A stretch of DNA of 64,000 bases, taken from the IMG/VR virus record IMGVR_UViG_3300029915_001170, positions 35,641-99,640 of that record, one strand, 5' to 3'. The translations under genes and the position numbers were made by a program. Each line of letters starts with the position of its first letter. The stretch's first letter is position 1. The notes under the pieces were generated by a model. The model ran no database searches and was not told the origin of the DNA. It saw nothing but the letters and a program-made list of their open reading frames with translations. Below, one piece after another: positions 1 to 10,070 of the stretch. Origin of the DNA: a virus (Duplodnaviria; Caudoviricetes).

Positions 1-384
1 ACTCCAGTAAAGTGGCAGTCCAGGAATATTGAGAAGCACTTCGATTGAGTCAAAGCTTCTGAACTTTAGATCATACCCTGCGTTAGTTTCGTTGTTTGTC
101 GCACTCGGCACCACAAAAGGATCGTTATAAATAAAGAACGAATTCACCTTTGTGACATCCAAAGGTGCATCAGCAGTGGCTAGAAAGTAACTGGGCGCAT
201 AGCTATTCTGATAAGCAACGAAGTTTGTCAGCGGCCCTGTGACTTCTAGCAGTGGGTGCTTGTAATCCGTTGTAAGCTCTAGCATAGCTTTTCGGATAGC
301 CTCATTAACTGTTCCCGTAGCCACAGGCCTATTCATCAACAAACCTTGAATACCCACATAACAATCACCGGCTTGAAAACTCAT
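1..384 (-). CDS. virion protein, possible head-tail adaptor (runs off window edge)
   Basis: ATG at 384 with GGAG upstream; open frame MSFQAGDCYVGIQG... to the edge; position in structural operon. Confidence 0.45.
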   Translation of the reverse strand, partial: MSFQAGDCYVGIQGLLMNRPVATGTVNEAIRKAMLELTTDYKHPLLEVTGPLTNFVAYQNSYAPSYFLATADAPLDVTKVNSFFIYNDPFVVPSATNNETNAGYDLKFRSFDSIEVLLNIPGLPLYWS

Positions 385-395
385 TTTGAGACTCC

Positions 396-785
396 TTAGA
401 ACACATACACAGTAGCATTTACTGTTGCATCACTCGGTGCGAGATAGATATAGGTTGCTGTTGCTGTAGTTGGTTGCCATACTTGAAGTTGCTTATCCGA
501 GTTTACAAGATGTACTCCGATTGGCTGCCGCTGAAGACCGTGATTGACTGCAATCGCTGTACCGGTAGTTGTCCATTTATTAGCTTGCGTAGAAGACGCT
601 GCTCCAATCCGTATCAATACACCTGAGCTATTTCCCTGTCCAAACTCGCTCCAGTTTCCAGTAGCATCTTTTCCAGTTGGAATACCCATATCCACATTAC
701 CATTGAGTGTTTGATGCACACTCTGCGCCCATCGAAGAGTATCTCCAGAAACACCAGCTGATACAGGATTCTGTGTCTTTGCCAT
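396..785 (-). CDS. putative virion/tail protein
   Basis: coupled to neighbours, Gly/Thr-rich, in structural operon. Confidence 0.5.
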   Translation of the reverse strand: MAKTQNPVSAGVSGDTLRWAQSVHQTLNGNVDMGIPTGKDATGNWSEFGQGNSSGVLIRIGAASSTQANKWTTTGTAIAVNHGLQRQPIGVHLVNSDKQLQVWQPTTATATYIYLAPSDATVNATVYVF

Positions 786-2926
786 TATACCGGCCTCTGT
801 GAAGGATCAAAGGATGCGTACATTTGGATCTTCGAAAAGCGAATCTGCGCAGTATCAGAATTTCCAAAAGGTTGTATCTGAATCTGCAACTGAGGAGAAT
901 GCACTGTGAAAGCTCCCGCCGTGGTCGTTGTTTGTGGATATATCTGCACCTCGATTGGATTACCAGAAAGGGTATTATAGGTTGCTGGCTGCAAAATAAG
1001 CGTAGAAAATATAATACCGTTGATGTAAAACGTCACTGTAGTATCTGCTGTGACATTTGCCCATAGCGCAATGTACAAAGCATCAACTGTGATATCTCTG
1101 CCAAAAAGAAGCTCCTCTTGAGGAAATGTAACAAATGGTGCAATTGATCTTGAGTTAACATTGGCCAATCCTTCAGTTAAACTAATAGCAACTAAAGAAG
1201 TCGGACGACCTTCCTGAAATACCAGTACCGGCGAGTAGGCTGTGAGATTGGCTACTCCTTGATCAAAAGCAAGAATATCGCAAAAGATTTCGTTTCCAGT
1301 GGGAGTACCAGTGTATGAGAACACTTGCCAAGTGTTGTTGGAAGTATTATATAAAAACGTACTTCCACCAATCATAAATAAAATAACTGGCCAGGTATCT
1401 CCACCGATTGTAACTGCACATGCAACGCTTCCAGTAAGGGCAGCTTGAGATTGAAGAAGACTGAAAAACAACGCCTTGATTTTATTACCAATCGGACTTA
1501 TCGTACTAGAAAGCTGAAAAATATTCGTGTTTCCAACATATGCACCAGTTTGATCATATGCACACACAAGTTGCGAATCCTGCGCACCTTCTCCAGAGTC
1601 ACCAAGTCCAATATGCGAAAACTGAAATGGATCAGCACCGCTTCCTAGAGCAGTTGCATAAGACAATCCCTCAGAGCGAATGATGAAAGCGGTATTGTTT
1701 GAAACTACCAGACCAGTTAAAGAATCTCCAATATCTGCAAGTTGTGTAAAGCCAGCTCCAGTAATATTCCCAGAGCCGTCTTCAGGTGACCACTCATCTA
1801 AATCTTCTGCTGCACTCCATGAAAAAATCATACTCGTATCTTGTACAACGTTATTAAGCGCTGGAATATTTCCAAGACCAATCAAAGAACCTGCGAACTT
1901 TCGAAGTATTTGAACCCCGGCATAAAGTGACGAAACTTTGAACAAACCGGGACCAGCATACTTTAAGATCATCGGTCCAAGGCCGGCCATGTATAGAGTA
2001 CCGCCTACCGAGGCAGTAGAAATATTTGACGACTTAAATACAGGTTGAGTAGTATAAGCATCTGTTCCACCTTGGAGATTCGTAGGTCCGAAAGTCACAG
2101 GAGCGGCGGGAAAATAGTACGGTATTCCGCGACTAGTACTACCATTTGTTGAAGCATCTGCCACTTGATAATTGTTTCCTGCTGCTCCATTAGCAGAAGA
2201 ATCGGCATTGGCAGTTATTACAATACCAAGACCATCAGTTGATGCAGAAGCAAAGACAGCATCGAAACCAGGCGCGCCGTTGAAAACTGTGTTAAACTGT
2301 GTAACAAATGCTGCTACGACCTCCGCTACTGTTTGGGGCGCACCAACAGCTATCGAGACAGTAGCAATAAGCCCACCTGATAGATACACACCAAGTGCCA
2401 AGGTTCCATAATAGTATGCTTTATCTCCCAAGAGAGCTATTGGACCCAGTGGACTGAGTATTGGTAGCGTAATCGAAGCCACTGTCGGTGGAAATATAGG
2501 AGGTAAAAACCGTACTGAAAAAGTATCGTTTCCGATAAGTGCCGGTGCTCCATATGTATTATAATTCCACGAGGTCATATAGAAGGTATAGACTATCCCA
2601 TTAAGAGTAGATCCATCTGGGGCCTCAGCAAATCCAAGAGCATAATTTAACTGCCCAAGTGGAGAACTGTAAAACGTTCCTACTTTAAGTAACGTGACTC
2701 CCATTGTACCAGACCAAAGAGTAGGGAATACCACCGACTGCCAGTTAGCAACGCATAGCTTGTTATCTACAACTACAAAACCATCCGAGGCAGCAAAACA
2801 TTTACCATCGATATAAGCTGGCGGCGCAGACGTATCCACGCCGCCAAAAGGAGCTTCAAGACCGCCATAGGTAATTTCGACTCCTAAATTACCATTTGCG
2901 AGTTTTTCTGTTTTCGCGTGTCCCAT
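785..2926 (-). CDS. putative tail nozzle/DNA-stabilisation protein (P22 gp10/T7 gp12-like)
   Basis: 713 aa, beta-rich; 'FGGVDTSAPP' N-terminus and 'FSWSAAEDLDEW' motif; downstream of capsid genes. Confidence 0.5.
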   Translation of the reverse strand: MGHAKTEKLANGNLGVEITYGGLEAPFGGVDTSAPPAYIDGKCFAASDGFVVVDNKLCVANWQSVVFPTLWSGTMGVTLLKVGTFYSSPLGQLNYALGFAEAPDGSTLNGIVYTFYMTSWNYNTYGAPALIGNDTFSVRFLPPIFPPTVASITLPILSPLGPIALLGDKAYYYGTLALGVYLSGGLIATVSIAVGAPQTVAEVVAAFVTQFNTVFNGAPGFDAVFASASTDGLGIVITANADSSANGAAGNNYQVADASTNGSTSRGIPYYFPAAPVTFGPTNLQGGTDAYTTQPVFKSSNISTASVGGTLYMAGLGPMILKYAGPGLFKVSSLYAGVQILRKFAGSLIGLGNIPALNNVVQDTSMIFSWSAAEDLDEWSPEDGSGNITGAGFTQLADIGDSLTGLVVSNNTAFIIRSEGLSYATALGSGADPFQFSHIGLGDSGEGAQDSQLVCAYDQTGAYVGNTNIFQLSSTISPIGNKIKALFFSLLQSQAALTGSVACAVTIGGDTWPVILFMIGGSTFLYNTSNNTWQVFSYTGTPTGNEIFCDILAFDQGVANLTAYSPVLVFQEGRPTSLVAISLTEGLANVNSRSIAPFVTFPQEELLFGRDITVDALYIALWANVTADTTVTFYINGIIFSTLILQPATYNTLSGNPIEVQIYPQTTTTAGAFTVHSPQLQIQIQPFGNSDTAQIRFSKIQMYASFDPSQRPV

Positions 2927-2949
2927 GGAAACTCCTAAGCTTTGCCCGC

Positions 2950-3225
2950 TTACTTTGTTCCGAGGTACAGATTAACTTCTCCAGTGAAGGTACCGCTAAA
3001 CGTAAGCGGCCCGCTCATCCAGCCAAGTTCTTGAAAGTTTACAGCACTTCCATCAGCCGGAAAAGTCCATTGAAATGCGCGACCAGCTACATCTGTGATG
3101 ATAAATGTCTGAGCCGCTACCGCACCGGTCCAAGTACCACCTTTAAACTTTACATTTGCTGTTCCAAAAGGAGTGGTGCCAGCACCAGTAATCTTCCAGA
3201 TACGGCCTGAGTAATCATTTGCCAT
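2950..3225 (-). CDS. small virion protein
   Basis: AGGAG RBS; structural operon context. Confidence 0.5.
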   Translation of the reverse strand: MANDYSGRIWKITGAGTTPFGTANVKFKGGTWTGAVAAQTFIITDVAGRAFQWTFPADGSAVNFQELGWMSGPLTFSGTFTGEVNLYLGTK

Positions 3226-3238
3226 CTGCTACTCCTTT

Positions 3239-3931
3239 CTAGTTCCAGTTAAAGTGGCACTTGATTACCACACCATAAAATGAAACTGTACCACCAGCTC
3301 CCGCAGTAAGGTTAACGTTTAAGACAAGCTCTGAATCCGCGGAAATGATCATAGCAGGAGAGGCGATCGGCACATTGATAACTTTCACCTGACCTGCCGT
3401 GTTTGTGGTAGTTGTAAGTCCATTTGCACCAAGAGCAATCAAATTCGATACTACTGGCGCAGCGGCATTGGAGAAGACTGTCTTAGTTAGCCCAATCGTT
3501 GCTACTGTGGCAGCCGCAGCATAGACTCCATAAATTACATCGATACTATCAATCTGTGTTCCCTTGGGTACTGGCCCACTCTGCGGTCCGATGAGGGTCG
3601 CCATAGCAGAAGCCAACGTAGGTGGAAATCCTGTAATACCTTCTGGACCGCTTGTACCTGCTACTGTCGAAGGCCCAGGAACCGAAGCAGCAGTTCCATA
3701 CTGCTCCTGATCATATGCAGTTGTAGCATAAACTCCTGTGCGAATAAAAGCTTCCAGATTCGCAAAGAAAGTTCCAGCTTGAGTAGCTGCAAGGTTAAGT
3801 GAGAAGAGTCCCGCTCCTGCCGATCCTCTAGCAGCCAGGCTGGCAGTATCAAAGAACTCCGATGCACCGATAAAAAACTGACCGTCAGGAACCGAAACAT
3901 CCTGAGTCCAGCGTCCGTCTGTCTGACTCAT
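3239..3931 (-). CDS. putative virion (head decoration-like) protein
   Basis: AGGAG RBS; Ala/Gly/Thr-rich; near MCP. Confidence 0.45.
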   Translation of the reverse strand: MSQTDGRWTQDVSVPDGQFFIGASEFFDTASLAARGSAGAGLFSLNLAATQAGTFFANLEAFIRTGVYATTAYDQEQYGTAASVPGPSTVAGTSGPEGITGFPPTLASAMATLIGPQSGPVPKGTQIDSIDVIYGVYAAAATVATIGLTKTVFSNAAAPVVSNLIALGANGLTTTTNTAGQVKVINVPIASPAMIISADSELVLNVNLTAGAGGTVSFYGVVIKCHFNWN

Positions 3932-3959
3932 TTGAAACTCCTTCAGCGCCTTGGCGCTT

Positions 3960-4247
3960 TTAGACTAGAAAATCTTCCACTTCTTCTGCAAAATCTGGTT
4001 GTCGTACCTTCTCTACCGGAACAAGCTCTTCTTTACCGTCTGTGAGAACCTGTGCAATTCGCACATCTCGCTCACCTAGAAGTCCTGGTCCACGACGAGA
4101 GTTTGAATCTTGACAATGAATGCAAAGCAGCAATCCCCGTTCCCATTTCATCTGTGCAATTTTTGTTTTCCTGTCACATCTTGCACAGTAGCGCCAAGGG
4201 CCTCGCCAGAGAGTGTGTTTCAAACCGGATTCAGCAAAGAAACTCAT
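3960..4247 (-). CDS. zinc-binding hypothetical protein
   Basis: CARC...CIHC motif; AGGAG RBS. Confidence 0.55.
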   Translation of the reverse strand: MSFFAESGLKHTLWRGPWRYCARCDRKTKIAQMKWERGLLLCIHCQDSNSRRGPGLLGERDVRIAQVLTDGKEELVPVEKVRQPDFAEEVEDFLV

Positions 4248-4268
4248 TTTAAACTCCTTTTAGTAGAC

Positions 4269-4296
4269 GGAGAGCGGGGAGCAGGATCCGCTCTCC
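4269..4296 (-). terminator. hairpin after major capsid gene
   Basis: ggagagcgg/ccgctctcc inverted repeat; no clear U-tract. Confidence 0.4.
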
Positions 4297-4335
4297 CCAT
4301 CTACCTTGCAACGATGGATTGTTGCAAACTTGAGG

Positions 4336-5295
4336 CTACGGTCCCTGAGTACCCCACACTCCCTGCCAACGAGGGCACCATGCAGCAACACGCATACGAG
4401 TTTTCTGCTTGATCGCATCCGTATCGAAGTCGTCGTCAAAGTCCGTGGAGGGTGCTTCGCGGTTGATAACCTCCAAAGCATGGTCCTGCTTCTCTGCAAC
4501 CAAGAACCAAGCGCTAGGATTATTGAGCCAAGGAACTTCGATGTTCTTGTAATCCTCGGGCAGCAGAGAGTTGATGGTGTTGTCTGCTGTGTAAGGTTTA
4601 CCCGAAGAACCAAGAATCTCACGAACAAGGAACCGAAGCTCAGGAGGCGTGATCAGATTGACCCAGCGAAGTCGAATCGGAAAGCCCATGTTATCAATCA
4701 TCCGAGAAGCATGATTGGTAGCAAGCTGTAATCCAGCAACGCTGAAGTCCACGTCCACCGGGGGCCGATTAGGATATGTGCCAGGCGCACTAATAACACC
4801 CGCCGCTCCAGGAGCAATCTGGGTAGCATAAGCACCACCGAGAAGAGCATGCTGATTGTAGAACAGCGGATTGCCGTCGAATGTGGTGACGGCACTGGTA
4901 AAGCCCTGGTTGAATACATTCCACGCAATCATCTCTTTGGTAAAGGCAGCAGAACGAGCAAGCATAGTCGGTCCCTTTTTACCTACCAACCCATACTTAT
5001 CATCGTCATACAATTCCTTCGAGGTACGAATACCCAAAGAGTATGTCAGAGGTTCAACACGCTTAGAAGCACCCTGCTTCATTTCTGTGTAAGCAGTTGA
5101 GGCGTTTTCGGGCTTTTCCTGTAGAATAGAAACGCCCGCCATTTCCAGCTCTTGTTCGTACTCAGAATCCGAATCAACTTCGTGAAACACCTTCGGATAA
5201 TCTGAAGCTTTGAGCTGGCTATCGAGGCTATCGAAGTAGATTTTACGAAGCCCCGGCTGCATAAGTTGTGGAAATTTCGCTCGTACTTGAGGCAT
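4336..5295 (-). CDS. major capsid protein
   Basis: 319 aa; motifs 'KPEN..AY', 'ELYDDDKYG', 'LITPPEL', 'WFL', C-terminal 'PRWQGVWGTQG' resemble HK97-fold MCPs; follows scaffold. Confidence 0.85.
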   Translation of the reverse strand: MPQVRAKFPQLMQPGLRKIYFDSLDSQLKASDYPKVFHEVDSDSEYEQELEMAGVSILQEKPENASTAYTEMKQGASKRVEPLTYSLGIRTSKELYDDDKYGLVGKKGPTMLARSAAFTKEMIAWNVFNQGFTSAVTTFDGNPLFYNQHALLGGAYATQIAPGAAGVISAPGTYPNRPPVDVDFSVAGLQLATNHASRMIDNMGFPIRLRWVNLITPPELRFLVREILGSSGKPYTADNTINSLLPEDYKNIEVPWLNNPSAWFLVAEKQDHALEVINREAPSTDFDDDFDTDAIKQKTRMRVAAWCPRWQGVWGTQGP

Positions 5296-5311
5296 AGAAA
5301 ATCTCCTTCGA

Positions 5312-5932
5312 TTAAGCTACCTGAATGGCAGCGGTGAGAAAAACAAAGTTAACTGGTGCGTTGACATAGGAACCAAGAGGAAGAGCAATAATCTGTACAA
5401 CTGCGGAGCCACCGGTCTTGGACTTGTCCACGTACCAGTAACCGTTAGCATCCTTGGTAAGACCGTAGGTAAGACCAATAGATGCCTGCACAGGAGTGTA
5501 ATCAGCAGAAACACTACCAGTCGCATTATCAAACAGCGCCTGGAAAATGTTATCCTGGTTCGGTTCCATATACAACGTGCGTCCATCAGAAACCGGTGTG
5601 CCAATAGCAATGTTTACACCGAGAGGCTGATTGACTACAGAACCGTAGGTTTGGATAGCAATAGTGCCAGTAACTCCACCAAACGGCGGCACCGGAGCAC
5701 CAGTTCCAACAGCTGCTAGGTTAAGGCCGAAAGATTCTGCTACTCCTAGAATCCCAGCCGATACAGTTGTGCCATCCCACTGTTGAACATAGCCGGAGCC
5801 GTTCAGTTGCACTGGGACGCCAGTAAGAAAAGTTTGCCCGGCCGCTTCAGGTTGAGAGCTAGTATAAGGTGTAGTGTTCGCCTTATTCTGTACCTGGAGA
5901 ATCGGCAGATGCGTGGTAAGATTTGCTGGCAT
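5312..5932 (-). CDS. putative capsid cement/decoration protein
   Basis: 'FLTGVPVQL..GY', 'GILGV' pattern; directly upstream of MCP. Confidence 0.55.
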   Translation of the reverse strand: MPANLTTHLPILQVQNKANTTPYTSSQPEAAGQTFLTGVPVQLNGSGYVQQWDGTTVSAGILGVAESFGLNLAAVGTGAPVPPFGGVTGTIAIQTYGSVVNQPLGVNIAIGTPVSDGRTLYMEPNQDNIFQALFDNATGSVSADYTPVQASIGLTYGLTKDANGYWYVDKSKTGGSAVVQIIALPLGSYVNAPVNFVFLTAAIQVA

Positions 5933-5985
5933 GTGCTTTACCTCATCTGAAAATGTTTAGGCGGCTCCTGCTACCGCGGTTGATG

Positions 5986-6585
5986 TTAAGCTTCCGGCTC
6001 GTAGAAGGTAGAGAATCTATCTAGCATCGGAGCCTCTCCAAGTTCAAAAGTGCCGACGATTTTAGAAGTCGGAGGTCTGTGGTTGTTACCGAGTTGACGT
6101 TTTGAAAGTTCAAGTCCCCTACGACGCTTGCCATAGAGAATTCGTTTATGAACACGCATACAGACCACATCCTGATAAGTGTAGCGTTCTTCAGAATCGA
6201 AGAGCAACGGCACCTTAAACGTAGGCTCTACATGCTCAGGCTTGAGAAACTCATAACCCTCTGCAAGAAGCTGACCAAGCCTACGCTGATCTGTAGAAGC
6301 CCAAACAATCTCATATTCGGTATCTTTGAGTTTCATGTTCATATAATCTGGAATCTCATGATCGATCACAGGAATATTGATGCGTGTATCGTACGCATCC
6401 TGCTCCTTGAGATTCTTCCAGTCCGGCTCCTTCGGAGCAGCAGCTTCTGCACGTTCTTTTTTGATGTTTGAAAGAACCTTCTTGATCTGCTCCTCAAGCT
6501 CTGTATTGTTAAGCTTTGGATCTGCAATAGCTTGTGCAACCTGTGCAGCCTGAGCGGTTTCTGTTTTATGCTCTATCGTAGGCAT
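5986..6585 (-). CDS. head-module hypothetical protein
   Basis: coupled between scaffold and cement genes. Confidence 0.55.
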   Translation of the reverse strand: MPTIEHKTETAQAAQVAQAIADPKLNNTELEEQIKKVLSNIKKERAEAAAPKEPDWKNLKEQDAYDTRINIPVIDHEIPDYMNMKLKDTEYEIVWASTDQRRLGQLLAEGYEFLKPEHVEPTFKVPLLFDSEERYTYQDVVCMRVHKRILYGKRRRGLELSKRQLGNNHRPPTSKIVGTFELGEAPMLDRFSTFYEPEA

Positions 6586-7304
6586 TAGTATCCCACCCCT
6601 TCTTTATCAAGCATCTCTGCATAATCCTCAGCAGTAAAACCAAGAAGCTTGGCCGCTTTACGAACTTCGTCTGTGGGGGTTTTGCGTTCGTGAGTACCAG
6701 AGCCAGTGTCTCCAGCAGAGCCGCCGCTTGTACCACGAGAACCGTTGTCAGAAGAGGCGAAGCGACTCTTGATCTTGCCTTCGAGAAGTTCATCGGTATG
6801 GTTACCCAGAACTGTCTTATAGCAATTTTCAACCACAGAGGCATCATTCTTGGCTTGAATGCTCTGTGCGGCAATAAGAGCATCTACCTCGCGCTTGATG
6901 TCACCGTGGTAGTATTTGAATTTCTGCTCATCCTCAAAGACCTCACGCTTAACGCGATCAGCGCGAAGAAGTAGAACCTCGTTTGTCACAGGTTGATTTG
7001 CCAAAGCAAGAGCTTGCTTGGTCTTGCCTTCGAGCATCAGAGCTTCGATCTGCTCTTCCAATGTACCTTCTGCTTCTTGACGAGAAGAAACAGCGGCTCG
7101 TGCAGCAGCGGCGTCGTCCTTTTTCTTTTGCTCTGCTGAAGCGGTCACTTGAATGTTTTTAAGCTCTTCAAGCATTTCCCGAATCTTTGGAAGCTCTGCG
7201 GAGGCCGCAGCACCATCGTCGATCTTTTTCTGAAGATCGTCAGGAAGCGTAAACCCCTCCTGTCCATCTTCAGCTACCTTTTTCTGCCAGTTAAGAAATG
7301 TCAT
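6585..7304 (-). CDS. putative scaffolding protein
   Basis: coiled-coil, charged; C-terminal 'KAAKLLGFTAEDYA' helix motif; between portal and MCP. Confidence 0.65.
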   Translation of the reverse strand: MTFLNWQKKVAEDGQEGFTLPDDLQKKIDDGAAASAELPKIREMLEELKNIQVTASAEQKKKDDAAAARAAVSSRQEAEGTLEEQIEALMLEGKTKQALALANQPVTNEVLLLRADRVKREVFEDEQKFKYYHGDIKREVDALIAAQSIQAKNDASVVENCYKTVLGNHTDELLEGKIKSRFASSDNGSRGTSGGSAGDTGSGTHERKTPTDEVRKAAKLLGFTAEDYAEMLDKEGVGY

Positions 7305-7621
7305 TAGAGATTACTCCCTTCCTGTGAAGATTTGAAAGTGGTTACTTTCCTACTCTGAGCTTCGATGTTCTCTTCAATTTCTTCAACGACTTCTGGAAGT
7401 TGAAGAAGCATATTTGCAAGGTTAAGCTGTGTTTTTAGAATCGCTATGTGAGTCTTGACCTCTTCTGCTGACTTCTGTAGATTGAGTATCCTCACACCAT
7501 CAATAGCCTCTTGCTTGAGGCTATTGAGCAGTCCCAGCACCGGCTGGAACTCCTCCCTGCCCCACAATTCCTTGAGGAACTGTCGATACGGGATTAGGTC
7601 TCCCACTTTGTTGATTTCCAT
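7304..7621 (-). CDS. hypothetical protein (start MEINKV, overlaps portal 3' end)
   Basis: GGAG RBS before ATG 7621; typical small gene after portal. Confidence 0.5.
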   Translation of the reverse strand: MEINKVGDLIPYRQFLKELWGREEFQPVLGLLNSLKQEAIDGVRILNLQKSAEEVKTHIAILKTQLNLANMLLQLPEVVEEIEENIEAQSRKVTTFKSSQEGSNL

Positions 7622-9476
7622 TTCCTGCTCCTGCTCCCGCAGCTTGCGCTGCTTGTTGCATTGCGGCTTCGATAATGTTTGAGACATTCGGTAGAAGCGT
7701 CTCAGTATTATCTTTGTTAAAATCACGCAACAGAGTCTGACCCATCACTCGTGTCGCAAGAAGCATTTCAAGATAGTACTGCTTGAGATCTTGTGGAATT
7801 TGTGGCTGAGCGATTGCTTGAATAACCTGGGCCTGGGAGTTGTATAGCCGCTCCATGCGATCGCTCAACAGAATATCATTCTGGCGTTCAAGCTCCTTGT
7901 TCATAGAAGCTGAGGCTGGCCGAAGTCTCAGGCCAAGCACGCCAGCTTTATACTGATCGAGAGCTTTTTTGAGCCTCTCTGCCTGTGTACCATACTTTTC
8001 AAGTCTCGAGCCGATACCATAGTTTGAGTACATTGTCAGAAACTTTAATCCAAGTTTTACATGTGCTGAGCGCATATCACCAGTGCGCAAGTTGTTTCGG
8101 TTATTCTGCTGCATCATAACCATGGAAGTGCCGGCAGCACTGTAGATGCCACGCTTTTGATTTACAATTCCACCGCCAGTTCCACCAGTCGCCGGATCTA
8201 CTCCAGTACGTTCCTTTGCAATAGCCATGTGAAACTGATCTGGCCCATCGCTATATCCAAGGTCCGCTGCTGATTTAATATGCTCAAGCTCTCCTTCTTT
8301 CGCTGGAAGTACAACACCAGGAAAAATATCAAGCATCGAGGTAAGCTTGGATTCCGGATCTGCTCTCCAGACACCAAGCATAGCCATGTTACGATTATTT
8401 GTGCGCCAGTTGTTATTGTTAGAAAGCTCCGTCTGGATCATATGAATCATCTCAGCAAAGCCGGTGCCGAGATAGGATTCATCGTCATATGCAAGTTTCA
8501 TGTCCTGGTATGGAAGCATGTTCTTTGGATAGTTGTTAAAGGCTATCCAAAGAATCTTCCGGCTCTTCTTGTGATACTTTGCTTGGAAAGAGTAGGTCTT
8601 TCTTTGAACATCAAACTTAAAGAACAACGTGTAAATGTACCATCGCGCCGCTCCGGCATCTACGCCAGTGGATTCAATCCCAAACTGCTCGTTAACTTCA
8701 CGCTCCATTTCAGTTTCTTGAACTGCATCTGGAGATGCGAGAAGCTTGTCAATGTCTGACTGCTTGTAATATGGACTTTTAGACTTCAAATCCTGTAAAG
8801 CCCACATATCCAGAGAGTCGATATGGCCCATCAACTTCATGTTCTCAAGCTTTGGAACAGATGGATCAAAGATAAACCTGTTGAGCGGCAGCAGCTCTGG
8901 ATGAGGACCATCTCGCTTTACAAAAACCCTGGACTCAGATCTAACCGGATTACCATCCTCTAAACCACCATCAAGATATACTCGTTCGACCTCACTCTCG
9001 TATTCATATGGTGTATAGATAATCCCTGTGCCATATTTGATAGCGCTGTGAAAAGCACTTTGCTCAACGCGGTATAAGTCCAGCTCATCTGGATCATATG
9101 CCATGTCCATAAGGAAGCTTTGCACAATTTGCTTTAACTCTTCTCCATCTTTCGAGGGAAGATCACCACTCATCGTGGCTGCCCAGAGTGGATCGTACAT
9201 ATAAATGCCACCCATAATACGGGCTAGCAACTCGTCACAAGCAGTGCCGATTATGGGAATGACTAGATTTGCTGCGCCAGGCCACGGCCAATCAGCAGAT
9301 TGATTCTTTGGCCGAGCTTTATACAAGCGCACATACTCTGGCAGTTTCTCCGTGCGAAATGTCTGGAGCCGCCGGTCAAGATGCTCAACTTTTTCCTTGA
9401 TGAACTCGCACAGCTTTTTGTAGTTGTCCGGTCCAAACTCTTTCTCGGTAACTTCTGTAGGTGGCTGATATGGCAT
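7521..9476 (-). CDS. portal protein
   Basis: 651 aa; 'WPWPGAANL', 'AIKYGTGI', 'FIFDP' motifs; Gln/Gly-rich tail; follows terminase. Confidence 0.85.
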   Translation of the reverse strand: MPYQPPTEVTEKEFGPDNYKKLCEFIKEKVEHLDRRLQTFRTEKLPEYVRLYKARPKNQSADWPWPGAANLVIPIIGTACDELLARIMGGIYMYDPLWAATMSGDLPSKDGEELKQIVQSFLMDMAYDPDELDLYRVEQSAFHSAIKYGTGIIYTPYEYESEVERVYLDGGLEDGNPVRSESRVFVKRDGPHPELLPLNRFIFDPSVPKLENMKLMGHIDSLDMWALQDLKSKSPYYKQSDIDKLLASPDAVQETEMEREVNEQFGIESTGVDAGAARWYIYTLFFKFDVQRKTYSFQAKYHKKSRKILWIAFNNYPKNMLPYQDMKLAYDDESYLGTGFAEMIHMIQTELSNNNNWRTNNRNMAMLGVWRADPESKLTSMLDIFPGVVLPAKEGELEHIKSAADLGYSDGPDQFHMAIAKERTGVDPATGGTGGGIVNQKRGIYSAAGTSMVMMQQNNRNNLRTGDMRSAHVKLGLKFLTMYSNYGIGSRLEKYGTQAERLKKALDQYKAGVLGLRLRPASASMNKELERQNDILLSDRMERLYNSQAQVIQAIAQPQIPQDLKQYYLEMLLATRVMGQTLLRDFNKDNTETLLPNVSNIIEAAMQQAAQAAGAGAGNGNQQSGRPNPVSTVPQGIVGQGGVPAGAGTAQ

Positions 9477-9805
9477 TAGAGGGCACTCGAAATGATTGTA
9501 GCATTTGTTCCAGCAACCATATTAGCTAAAGCCACTGGATCGGCCACTGTCTTTGTAACGTTAGAGGTGATTGTTTCCGTGGCACTCGTGCTTCCAGGCA
9601 CCTGCGGCGCCGAGAGAGTGTACTGAAACTGTGGCATCGGCATTTGCGCACTGAAAGTCTTAAAGTCCGCTGTTAACAAGTTTACAAACTTATAGAAAAA
9701 CTGGTACACTACATTTCCATTTGGTGCAGGTAAAGCCTGCACCAAAGCCGATGCAGCTTGATTGGCAATGTAGAATAACATAAGTTGCTGCGGATCAATT
9801 GTCAT
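9476..9805 (-). CDS. hypothetical, possibly membrane/lysis protein
   Basis: hydrophobic N-terminal half; RBS. Confidence 0.45.
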   Translation of the reverse strand: MTIDPQQLMLFYIANQAASALVQALPAPNGNVVYQFFYKFVNLLTADFKTFSAQMPMPQFQYTLSAPQVPGSTSATETITSNVTKTVADPVALANMVAGTNATIISSAL

Positions 9806-9813
9806 GCTTGCTC

Positions 9814-10062
9814 CTAACTACGTTGATGTGCCTGAGCGCCATGATCGTAGAGAGCTTTTGCCGTGGCATAACCACTCTGAAAAGCACTTATCTTTCCAAG
9901 CTCCACTGAGTGAGCATTCAGTTCTTTTGAGTGATCCTCTAGCTGAATGTCATGCTCATCCAATCGCTTTGAGTGAGTTGACTGGTTCGAATACAAAACC
10001 CCAGCAAAAAAGATACAAGTAACAATACTTACAATTGTTGGTCCCCAGGCTGCCCAATCCAT
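9814..10062 (-). CDS. single-TM coiled-coil protein (holin-like)
   Basis: N-terminal TM helix followed by heptad repeats. Confidence 0.45.
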   Translation of the reverse strand: MDWAAWGPTIVSIVTCIFFAGVLYSNQSTHSKRLDEHDIQLEDHSKELNAHSVELGKISAFQSGYATAKALYDHGAQAHQRS

Positions 10063-10070
10063 GCTGTCTC